From positions 15,004,001 through 15,068,000 of the forward strand of contig NC_058382.1 in the NCBI RefSeq assembly GCF_018350175.1: a stretch of 64,000 nucleotides of DNA, given 5' to 3'. The notes beneath the pieces were generated by a model that ran no database searches, was not told where the DNA came from, and saw only the letters and a list, made by a program, of their open reading frames with translations. The position numbers and the translations under genes are program-made. Positions 12,117 to 22,989 of the stretch are shown piece after piece. This DNA comes from Felis catus. Taxonomy: Eukaryota. Within the stretch, counting starts at the first letter, position 1. Each line of letters opens with the position of its first letter.

Positions 12117-12702
12117 TTTCTTTTTTTAACGTTTATTTATTTTCGAGGGAGAGGGAGAGACAGAGCGTGAGCAGGGGAGGGACAGGCAGAGAGAAAGAGA
12201 GGGAGACAGAATCTGAAACAGGCTCCAGGCTCCAAGCTGTCAGCACAGCACCCGATGCGGGGCTCGAACTCACGAGCTGTGAGATCATGACCTGAGCCGA
12301 AGTCAGAGGCTTAACCACTCAACCGACTGAGCCACTCAGGCGCCCGGAGAGATCTTTTAAAGTAGAAATGAGCAGTCGCCACTGAGGTCTGTCCAGCACA
12401 TCCAGTCTGCCAATCGTCACGTATTTGAATAAGGCCTTTCCAGACCATTCCGTCCACCCGAGCTGGCTTAGAACAGAAGAACCACCTTGCTGACATTTAG
12501 AGTGGTGAAAATAGCGCCTGGGTGGCTCAGTCAGTTAAGCGTCCGACTCTTGGTTTTAGCTCAGGTTGTGAGTGTTGGGGTTTTGGGGGTATGGGTGGTG
12601 GTCGTGGGCTCCGGCCAAGAAAGAATTCTTGAAGACGTCTTTGGTGCAAAAAGGTGATTTTATGAAAGCCCGGGGACAAGATCCGTGGGCGGGAAGAGCT
12701 GC
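12117..12702 (-). mobile_element. Composite retroposed insertion: LTR-like 3' end + SINE head + unique DNA + poly(A)-tailed SINE
   Basis: 18-bp direct repeat CTTCATGCAGTTTCTTTA at 12099-12116 and 12703-12720. Confidence 0.75.
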
Positions 12703-13254
12703 CTTCATGCAGTTTCTTTAGAGAACAGTCCTCCGGTATGGTTTTGTTTTTCCCGTGGATGAATGTTGGGCAGCCGGAGACCTGTGTGGCGAAGCACATG
12801 GGGAGCAGGAGAGGGAGTGGGGAGCCCATAGGCGCAGTCATTGCGAAGACAGCCGACCTCTGTCCTGACTCTGCTCTCTCAATCTCCACCTGCACACCTA
12901 CCCCAGCCTGGCCCCCCTCGACCCCTGGCTCTGGGTCCAAAGCCTCTTGAGGTTAGGGTTAGCCTCCTTGAGGCTCCATTGTGCCCACTTTGAGTTTGAC
13001 CCTGGCCCCTACACTTGGGTCTGCTTTCTGTCTTTCTGGAAAATAGTGGCATTCCTTTTTTGTGGATGGGCTTCCTCCTGTTTGCTTTGCGTTTGCATTT
13101 CTTTGCCGTCCATGGAGAGGACATCCTTTGAGAGGGAGATCAGGCTGCCCAGATTCCAATCCCCGGTCCAAGGTCTGACTGCTGTGTGACCTTTTGGGAG
13201 TCATTTTGCCTCTCCGGGCCTCAGTTTCCTCCTGGTGTGATCAATTGGGATAAT

Positions 13255-13560
13255 ACAGAAGTCACAAATGGCCACACCCATTCAGTTCCTGGGTCTGCAG
13301 ATCTGTCTGTTATCTGGCCCATACGGTGCCTTAATCTTTTTCTAATGCATTGCTAACCTTTAAAAATTGGGTGACTTCACATGGAAACTGGGGTTTCCAG
13401 TTTCTTTTGAACAAACTGGAAGATGTGGCCAAAGCAGGCCAACCTTCCTCCTTGGCGGTAAAGGAACCAGAGTACACAGATTGGCACAGACTTCAGGCTG
13501 GCTGTACCTTCTGGTTTGCCAATCACCACCACTCTCCGTTTCCTCCTACCCAGCGGCCTC
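13255..13560. mobile_element. hAT-Charlie MER-type DNA transposon relic (MER102/MER45-like; family uncertain)
   Basis: CAGAAGTCACAAA start; CTGGAAGATGTGGC motif resembles recalled consensus. Confidence 0.45.
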
Positions 13561-13582
13561 GTTTAAGATACTGCCCATCTCA

Positions 13583-13748
13583 GGGGCGCCTGGGTGGCTC
13601 CGTCGGTTGAGCGTCCGGCTTCGGCTCAGGTCATGATCTCACGGTTTGTGAGTTCGAGCCCCGCGTCGGGCTGTGTGCTGACAGCTCGGAGCCTGGAGCC
13701 TGTTTCAGATTCTGTGTCTCCCTCTCTCTCTGCTCCTCCCCTGCTCAT

Positions 13749-13791
<43 letters not shown>

Positions 13792-14487
13792 AATAAGTAA
13801 ACATTAAAGAAAAATTTTTTAAAAAGGATACTGCCCGTCTGGGAGTTAAGCGTCCTATTCTTGGTTTCAGCTCAGGAAGAGATCTCCCAGTTGGTGAGTT
13901 CGAGCCCCACTTTGGCTTGGTGCTCATGGGGCAGAACCTGTTGGGGATTCTCTCTCTCTCCCTCTCCCTTTCTCTCTGCCCCTCCCTCGCTCCCTGTCCC
14001 TCAAAATAAATAAACTTTAAAAAAAAGAAAAGGATACTGCCTGTCTGTTGGAGGCATTTGAACTTGCTTTTCCTGGGATACCGTTTCCAGGGCATCGAGC
14101 ACAGTGGATCAGGCACATAGGACTGTCACTGTTAAGAGGCCAGCCAGGGGCAGCAGTGTGAGTGGGGGCCCAAGCCCAGCCCTTACCTTCATTGGCAGGC
14201 CAGGCCACCCCAGGGTTGGATTCACCCAGAAGGGATGGCTGTTTTTTAAAGCTTTATTTATTATTATTATTATTTTTTTAGTATTTTTAAAGTTTATTTA
14301 TTTATTTTGAGAGAGAGAGAGAGAGCACATGTTGGGGAGGGGCAGAGAGAGAGGAAGAGAGAGAGAATCCCAAGCAGACTCTGCAATATCAGTGCAGAAC
14401 CCGATGGGGGACTTGAACCCATGAACCTCGAGATCATGACCTGAGCCAAAGTCGGCCGCTTAACCTTAGACTGAGCCAAGATTTTCT

Positions 14488-14518
<31 letters not shown>

Positions 14519-15215
14519 AAGGCATCCCTTCCAGGGGTGCCTGGGTGGCTTGGTCAGTTGAGCATCTGACTTTGGCTCAGGTCATGGTCTTGAGGTTTGT
14601 GAGTTCAAGCCCCACATCAGGCTCTGTGCTCACAGCTCAGAGCCTGGAGCCTGCTTCGGATTCTGTGTCTTCCTCTCTCTCTGCTCCTGCCCTGCTCACA
14701 CTCTGTCTGTCTGTCTGTCTCTCTCTCAAAAATAAGCAAACATAAAAAAATTTTTTTAAATAAATAAATAAAAATAAAAGGCATTCCTTCGGGGTGCCTG
14801 GGTGGCTCAGTCAGTTGGGTGTCCAATCGGCTCAGGTCATGATCTCACGGTTTGTGGCTTCGAGCCCCATGTCTGGCTCTGTGCTGACAGCTCGGAGCCT
14901 GGAGCCTGCTTCGGATTCTGTGTCTCCTTCTCTCTCTGCCCCTCCCCTGCTCACACTCTATTTCTCTCAAAAATAAATAAGCATTAAAACAAATATTTTT
15001 TTTAAATAAAAAGGCATCCTTTCTGGATGGCTCAGTTCGTTAAGCATCTGACTTTGGTTCAGGTCATGATCTCACAGTTCGTGGGTTTGAGCCCCACTTC
15101 CGGCTCTGTGCTGACAGCTTGGAGCCTGGAGCCTGCTTCAGATTCTGTGTCTCCTTCTCTCTCTGTCCCTCCCCCACTTGCTCTCTCTCTCTCAAAAATA
15201 AACACTAAAAAAATC
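13583..15215. mobile_element. Dense cluster of six Can-SINEs
   Basis: 13583-13825 +, 13841-14031 +, 14245-14480 -, 14533-14775 +, 14790-15010 +, 15022-15215 +. Confidence 0.92.
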
Positions 15216-15589
15216 TTTTTTGAAATCAACCCAAAGACTGATAAAAGCCAGCATAGGCCCTGATTATCAGCAGCTCGTCTGACTTCTTGAAAGGGAAGCC
15301 ACATCAAATCTTTGAACCTGCATGTAATTCTTAAGAGCAAAGAATTCTGATCTCGGTTTATTGAGAAACAACATCAGCGCTATGGTTCAAGAGCAAAGAC
15401 TTAAAATTAATAAGGGAAGATGTCAGGTAGAGGAAACTCCCCCGAGGGCACGAAAAACAAGCCATTCTGTCAAAAATTAAAAAGACAATTGACAACAAGT
15501 GGTCCTGGCAACTGCAACTAGACTGAGAACACATCATTGAAGGGACTGAGAACGGCCCATTGTTGCCGAGAAAACCTATTGGGTGTTTT

Positions 15590-16930
15590 CTTGTCAAGTG
15601 AAATATACACTTACTGTATGATCCGAGAATGTCCCTCCTGGGTATTTACTCATGAAAAATGAACATGTATGTCCATACAAACACTCATACCTGAATGTTC
15701 ATTGCAGCTTTATTCACAACAGCCCCAAACGGGAAAGAGCCCGATGTCCCATCATGGTGAGTGGATAAACAGATTGTGGTTTATCTGCTCGATGGAATAC
15801 TCCTCAGCGATAAAAAGGATCCAAGTACCGATTGACGCATGCAACAACGTGGGCGGATCACAGAGACGTTATCCTGAAGGAAAGAAGACACAGGGGAACA
15901 TACTGTATGTATCAGCCAGAGTCCAGTCGGGAGACAGAAACCAGGCAGTAAATTGAAGGGAGAACGTTTAATAGACAGAATTATTAATTATAGCAGGGAA
16001 AATAGCTACTAAGAAATGAAGAGAATGCTAAAGAATATAGAAATAGCAGAGATCAGGAGCAGTACCACCTCTGTGATCCAAGACTGAGAGCTTGACGGCG
16101 CCTGGGTGGCGCAGTGGGTCAAGCCTCGGGCTTCTGCTCAGGTCACGGTCTGGCGGTCCACAAGTTGGAGCCCCGCATCAGGCTCTCTGCTGTCAGCACG
16201 GAGCCGGCCTCAGATCTTCTCTCTCAGTCCTCCCCCACTTGCACGCTCTCTCTCAAAAATAAACATTAAAAAAAAAAAAAAGACTGAGAGCTTGAGAAAG
16301 ATGACAGTCCCAGACCCTGATCTCATTCGAGAACTCTTGGAGGAGGCTCGCAAAGGGCATAGGAGCCGCCCCCCCCCACCCCCCGCCCCGGTCGTGCTGC
16401 ACCTGGAACTTGATGGAAAGGCCCCCCTCTGGAACTTGCCAGAAGTCTGTCCAGCGGGATGCTGGGGAATGCAGTTCGCAAGGAAGTGGGGCGCTCGAGG
16501 CAATTGGAAACCGCCTGAGGGGGGGGCGCCAGGGGACGGCGCTGGCCGCGGGGTGCTGGCAGGCACGGGAGAGGCTTGCACGCTGCAGGTGCCTGAGAAG
16601 CTGCCCTGGGGCGACGAAGCTGGAAGAAAAAAAGAAAAAAAAAAAAAAAAGCCTTCTTCCTGTCGTGTTCCTCTGGCGCCCTCTACTGGGGAAATTCAAC
16701 CTGTCAGCCGGCACAGAAAAGTTTAAATGGGCAAACTCGAGTTTGGCCAAGGGGAACTATGAGGCAGTATATGCCTCTGTGGATTCGCCTTGGGGAGAGG
16801 GTACACAGGGGAGGGGAGTGGGCACATGTGAAGCTCCCTGCCCCCTCTGAGCTCTGCCAACTCCCCACAGCACCCGCGCTGAACGGGTATGTTATATGAT
16901 TCCATTTGTATGGGATTCTAGGAAAGAATG
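15590..16930 (+). mobile_element. L1M 3' fragment interrupted by an LTR-like element (~15908-16870) that carries a SINE (16097-16282)
   Basis: L1 text stops at ATACTGTATG and resumes at TATATGATTCCATTT; inner piece starts TGTATCAG; SINE TSD AAGACTGAGAGCTTGA. Confidence 0.65.
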
Positions 16931-17640
16931 TTAAGCATCTGATCATAAGGTCATGATCTCATGGTTCGTGGGCTCGAGCCCCGCTTGGGGTGAGCCCCGC
17001 TTCTCTCTCTCTCTCTCTCTCTGCCCCTCAGTCACTAGTGCCCTCTCTCTCCCTCTCACAATAATGCTAAAATGCTAAAATTTTAGCCTGGGTGGCTCAT
17101 CGGTTGAGCGCCTCTTGGCTTCAGCTCGGGTCATGATCTCGCAGTTTGTGGGTTCGAGCCCCAGGTCAGGCTCCAAGCTGGTGGTGTGGAACCTGCTTGG
17201 GATTCTGTCTCCCTCTCTTTCTGCTCCTCCCCTACTTGCTCTCCATCTCTCTCAAAATAAATACAAATTGAAAAAATTAAGTAATCTTTAAAAATGATGC
17301 TAAAATTAATAAAGGTAAAATCAATACAAATTCAGTAATAAAATTAATGAAGGACGAACATCCTATAAAATGAAGACCACTTAATGAATCATGAGCCTTG
17401 AAAATGAAATTCTAGGAGCTCCCGGGTGGCTTAGTCAGTTAAGCGTCCAACTTCGGCTCAGGTCATGATCTCACAGTTCTTGAGTTCAAGGCCCACATCG
17501 GGCTCTGTGTTATCAGCACAGAGCCCCGTTCGGATCCTCTGTCCACCTCCCTCTCTCTGCCACCACCCCCCACCCCCCGGTGCGCTCGCTTTTTCTCTCT
17601 CTCTCTCTCAAAAATAAACATTTAGGGAAACGAAAGAAAG
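16930..17640 (+). mobile_element. Three sense Can-SINEs
   Basis: ~16930-17060, 17085-17290, 17416-17640. Confidence 0.85.
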
Positions 17641-18089
17641 AAAATGAAATTGTATTATTTGGCCTTTGACAAAAGTAGGCTTTAGCTGGAGAGACCGTAT
17701 GGAGATAGACAAGAGCCTGCCAAGCCCCAGCTGTTCGAGTCTCCCCATCCCAGGCGCCAGACAGGGGACTGAATAAGCCCTCAGATGACCCAGCCGCACC
17801 CCTGCCGGATGACAACTGCACTCCAGCCCCCGAGAACTGCCGACCTGCGCCCAGGCAACTCCCAGAGCCAGAAAAAAAAAATCATAAAATAATGGTTATT
17901 GTGAGTGGATTCCAGCAAACAAACCATGTCAATGGTGTCATCACTGAGTCATGGAGGTATTTTGGGGCAATATTTTCCAGTCACTATAAAAAGGCCACTG
18001 GCCCCACACAATTTGAGGAACTGCTGAGGAGAGAGATAAGCGAGCTTACTAGTTTCCAGGGACGCCTTCGCTTTAAATAGTCCCATATT

Positions 18090-18329
18090 GGGGCGCCTGG
18101 GTGGTGCAGTCGGTTAAGCGTCCGACTTCAGCCAGGTCACGATCTCCCGGTCCGTGAGTTCGAGCCCCGCGTCGGGCTCTGGGCTGATGGCTCAGAGCCT
18201 GGAGCCTGCTTCCAATTCTGTGTCTCCCTCTCTCTCTGCCCCTCCCCCGTTCATGCTCTGTCTCTCTCTGTCCCAAAAATAAATAAACGTTGAAAAAAAA
18301 AATTTAAAAAAAATAATAAATAAATAAAT
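18090..18329 (+). mobile_element. Young SINEC_Fc
   Basis: TSD AAATAGTCCCATATT at 18075-18089 and 18330-18344. Confidence 0.95.
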
Positions 18330-18598
18330 AAATAGTCCCATATTTTGTTTGGCAAGTCCGGGGAGAGCTTCTCTGACATCTTTTTGTCCCTTTCCGTGGA
18401 CTGCCATCTCGGCTTATTGTTAGGGTTTCTCCTAAACCTTTTACAGAAAGGACTCAAGCTGTACAGCCTGATGAATATTTAACACACACATATAGCCAGG
18501 CCTCGGGTCAGGAAACGGAAACAAAATCCTTTCTAAATCCTTTCTAAATGAGTACATCTCTGCCTGCTTAGAATTTCTTTTTAATATATATGTATTTT

Positions 18599-19183
18599 GG
18601 GGGCGCCTGAGTGGCTCAGTCGGTTGAGCGTCTGACTTCGGCCAGGACATGATCTCACGGTTCGTGAGTTCGAGCCCCGCGTCGGGCTCTGTGCTGACAG
18701 CTCGGAGCCTGGAGTCTGCTTCGGATTCTGTGTCTCATTCGCTCTCTGCCCTTCCCCCGCTTGCGCTCTCTCTCTGCGTCTCAAAAAATAAAAAATGTAA
18801 AAAAAAAAAAGAAAAAAGCATATATGTATTTTTAAGTTTATTTGTTTATTTTGAGAAAGAACGCACAAGCAGGTGAGGGGCAGAGAGAAGGAGACACAGA
18901 ATTCTGCGCCATCGGCACAGAGCCCGATGCGGGGCTCGAACTCACGAGCCCTGAGATCATGACCTGTGCTGGGATCAAGAGTCGGATGCTCAACCGACTG
19001 AGCCACCCAGGTGCCCCTGCCCAGTTAGAATTTTTAATGCTGCCTGAAATTCTCTTAGCAGAGATTTTTTTTTTTTCTTAAGATTTTATTTTCAGGTAAT
19101 CTCTACACCCAACGCGGGGCTCAAACTCACAACCTCGAGATCAAGAGTCGCAGGCTCCACCGAAGGAGCCAGCCAGGCGCCCC
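18599..19183. mobile_element. Three Can-SINEs (+, -, short -)
   Basis: 18599-18815 +, 18828-19018 -, 19065-19183 -. Confidence 0.88.
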
Positions 19184-19184
19184 A

Positions 19185-19925
19185 ATGGCAGAGAATTTGT
19201 TGTTGCTGTTCAGCACGTGTGGTCACCATGAAGTGAGCCATCGTGTCATCGACCACAATCTCAAGGTGCGAACGACTCCGGATGGTTAAATAAAACGAAA
19301 TAAAGGTATCACACCAACAAAAATACCTATCGTCAGAATAGCTAAAACGGGGAAGCGGCCCATGTCCAACAGCCGATGAATGGATCAGCAAAATGGAATA
19401 TTAAGCAGCTTTAAAAAGGAAGGAATTCTGGGACGCCTGGGTGGCTCGGTCGGTTAAGCATCCAACTCTTGATTTCGGCTCAGGTCATGATCTCAGGGTC
19501 GTGGGATCAAGCCTCGAGTCGGGCTCCACGCTAGGCATGGAGGCTGCTGGAGACTCTCTCTGCCCCTGCCCCACTCTCTCATCAAATTTTTTTAAAAAGG
19601 AAAGGAATTCTGATTTATGCTACAACACGAGTGAACCTTGAGGACATTACGCTAAGTGAACAGGCCAATCACAAACGGGTGCTGTATGATTATTCCTCTT
19701 AGGTGAGTTACTTAGAGTGGTCGAAATCATACAGACGAAAAGGACAGTGGTTAGCGGGGGCAAGAGGGAAGGGGGTGGTGGGGAATTACTGTTTTTACAA
19801 GGTGAAAAGACTTTTGGAGATGGATGGCAGGGATGGTGACACGTTAATGTATCTAATATCACTGAATTGTACACTTAAAAAGGGTTATGATGCTAAACTT
19901 TATGTTACATGGGTTTTACCACCAA
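19185..19925 (+). mobile_element. L1MB-like 3' fragments with a SINE at 19430-19600
   Basis: GATGAATGGATCAGCAAAATGG..GAACCTTGAGGACATTACGCTAAGTGAA..TGAATTGTACACTTAAAA. Confidence 0.8.
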
Positions 19926-20012
19926 AAAGAAAACGGTGGAGAAAAAGAATGAGCCCCGTAAACAGGCAACAAATATAAATAAAGTAGATTTCTGAATTAA
20001 AAAATAATAATA

Positions 20013-20455
20013 GGGGCGCCTGGGTGGCGCAGTCGGTTGAGCGTCCGACTTCAGCCAGGTCACGATCTCGCGGTCCGGGAGTTCGATGGCTCAGAGCCTG
20101 GAGCCTGTTTCCGATTCTGTGTCTCCCTCTCTGCCCCTCCCCCGTTCATGCTCTGTCTCTCTCTGTCCCAAAAATAAATAAAAAACGTTGAAAAAAAATT
20201 AAAAAAAAATAATAATATGCTAGTAGTCAGTACTTAAAAACAGCATTGTTCAAAAACAAAAAATCAAGGGCGCCTGGGTGGCTCAGCCGGTTAAGGGTCG
20301 ACTCTTGATTTTGTGAGTTCAAGCCCCGCATTGGGCTCCGCGCTGTCTGCAGGCTGACAGCCTGCTTGGCATTCTCCCTCTCTCTCTGCCCCCTCCCTGC
20401 TTGTCCTGCCTCTGTCTCTCCCAACATAAATCAGTAAACTTAAAAATTCAAAGAA
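20013..20455 (+). mobile_element. Two Can-SINEs (first young and internally deleted)
   Basis: 20013-20215 and 20267-20455. Confidence 0.88.
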
Positions 20456-20679
20456 ACCAAAAACACATGCTATTCCCGAATTACGTTTCCTAGGCTCAAA
20501 GGAGATAAATACGTTGCATAGGCAAGGAAGTGGGTAGTCGGGATTGGAACCCAGATTGGTCTGTGTCTGCACTCAGGGTGCCCGCTGTTTCTTACCGGGC
20601 GGGGGCTCTTTTGGCTTTCGGGGCAGGACGGTTCTTTGTGGAAGGTACCCATCCCACACAGTGCAGGTCACTGAGCCTT

Positions 20680-21385
20680 GTCCCATTTAGTTAGTGCTGC
20701 ATAACAGACTACTCAAAACATAGTGACCTAAAACGATAACCTTTATATCACGGCTCTGGGGGTTGGCTGGGCTCAGCTAAGCTGTTCTTAGAGGCTCACA
20801 CGCGGTGCCGTCTGACAGTGACTGGGGTTGGGTCACCTGAAGGCTTATTCGCCCCTGTGTCTAGCCCCCGGGACGTGACTCAAACAGCTGGGGCTCCCCG
20901 GACTTTTCTCCGCCTGAATTCACGGGGTCTCTCCAGTGCGATGACTTCAGGGCAGCCAGACTTAAGCAATGACTCGGGCAGGGGTGTCCTGGAGCCGGCT
21001 TGTGAGAGCAAGACTGTGGGCAGCTCTCCAGCCCCACAGTTCGGGGACTTCATGTTGGGAGCTTGTGATGAGCGGCGGCAGGTGCATTTACCCAGATGTC
21101 AGTCAGTAAATGCTATGGACCCAGACTCTTTGTCTCCTCCTTGTTAACCATTTAGCCCGCGCACCCACTGGAGTCAGGGCTCCCAAGGCACCTGTCCCAA
21201 GAGAGCCAGGCAGTGACCTGTATCTTTTACGACCCCGCCTTGGAAATGCCTTAGCGATGTCACATCTGTGGTGCTCTGAAAGTTGAAGCAGTCACAGAGG
21301 TCTGCCCGTGTCAAGGGGAGGGGTGTGGACTCTCAATGGAGGGCAGTCGAGTCCCAGAAAAGCATGTGACGTAGGATATGTTACT
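20680..21385. mobile_element. MaLR LTR (MLT1F/G/H-like)
   Basis: GCTGCATAACA..AAAACATAGTGACCTAAAAC..CCAAGAGAGCCAGGC..CAAGGGGAGGG. Confidence 0.65.
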
Positions 21386-21627
21386 ATAGCCATCGTGGTC
21401 TGCAGAGCGTCCCGGGTCCTGGAAACTGCCTTCCAGTAGCATCCCCTGGTCGCTGTGCCGGCCAGTAAAATAACCACACCCTCCCCCCCCCAACATACGC
21501 AGCCCCAAACACTCTGACAGCAGGGCATTGTTGTGCCTTACGTGTCCCATACTGGCTCAGCCAGTAGTTGGCATTCAGCCGTGTGGACATCATGGCCATA
21601 AGGCTCCTTATGGCCCTTTAAGCAATT

Positions 21628-21874
21628 TGTTTTGTTTTTAAATGTTTATTTATTTAGTTTTGAGAGAGAGAGAGAGCGCGCGCGCGCGCGCGCACACACA
21701 CACACACACACACGGGGGAGGGGCAGAGAGCGAGGGAGTCACAGAATCCAAAGCAGGTTCCAGGCTCTGAGCTGTCAGCATAGAATCCGGCACAGGGCTC
21801 GAACCCACAAACTGTGAGATCATGACCTGAGCCAAAGTCGGACGCTTAACTGACTGAGCCGTCCAGGCGCCCCC
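21628..21874 (-). mobile_element. Can-SINE with (GA)(GC)(CA) compound microsatellite
   Basis: Antisense SINE body. Confidence 0.9.
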
Positions 21875-22369
21875 CACTCCCCCCTACCCAGACAAGCATT
21901 TTGTATACTCAGGGCTCGTAAGGTACATCACTTGAAGGTCCTTGCTCCTTGGCAAAGTCTGCCTGCACTCATCTTGTGAGGAGGCCACCCCAGCTCCAGA
22001 GATCCCTTGTTCGCCAGTGTCCAGCACATTCTTTTTTTTTTTTTTTTTTGATCAGCACATTCTTAAGGAGAGCCAAGCCAGGAAACCACACTCTAATGAG
22101 TTTCACGTCCATGACAGGCAAATTGGTAAGCTTGGTATTAAATTGTTGCTAATTATTCATGCAACTAAGAACCACTTGGGGAAAAGCACACCCTGTCTCT
22201 TGAAGCCTGTCTTATAACCCATCACCGAATCAGGGTGAAGGGGGGTATCAGGACCCATGTGGGTGGGTCACTAGCCCTCCGCAGGCTTCTTAACAAAACC
22301 TTAATCAACTTATTTAAAAATAATAACAGCTGTCACGAGCTGAGCACCTCCCGACGTTAGACAACATAA

Positions 22370-22985
22370 CAACGTAACAAGCATTAGATCGTTGGAGCCT
22401 GTTAACCCGGGGCAACCTCCTGTGATCGGTTTGCCCATTACACAAGATAATGGGATTCGGTGAGATGACCCAGCTTAAATGCGCAGCACAGTCGCTTAAT
22501 AAAGGCCCAATAAATGTCACCAGATGAAAAAAATCATAGCTAAATGGCTATTCGTCATTCTTTTACGATGGGTAATAATAATAGCAACTAACATAATTTG
22601 GCGTTCAATATTAATTTAATGTCACTCATTTCTGAGACACAGCGGTTTTTCTTAAGTGCTTTACACACATGAACCCGTTTCGTCTTTACAACAATCCCGT
22701 GCAGTAGGTACTGTTACCATCCTCGTTCTCAGAGAAGGAAACGGCACTAAGAGGTTGAGTGATGTGACCTCGGTCACATAACCACCTAGCGGCAGAGCCA
22801 GAACTTGAACCCAGGCTGGCCAGGATCCAGCCACAAGGTGTTCATCGCTAGGCAGTTCTGCCCCGATGGAGAAAATGCAACGAGTTTCTCACTAGGTCTT
22901 GAGCCCCATCACTGAGTTCTTGCTAAATAAAGGTGTTTCACCTTGCCATGCCTCAGTTTCCTCATCTGTGGAGTGGGTTTCTGAT
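22370..22985. mobile_element. MIR fragments
   Basis: CAGTAGGTACTGTTACCATCCTC, GCAGAGCCAGAACTTGAACCCAGG, CCTCAGTTTCCTCATCTG cores. Confidence 0.7.
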
Positions 22986-22989
22986 GTGA

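Noticed and set aside
13583-15215. Regularly recurring ~230-bp units resembling an array or tRNA cluster
   Set aside because: tRNA-derived Can-SINEs with (CT)n and A-tails; no CRISPR repeats and no cloverleaf tRNAs.
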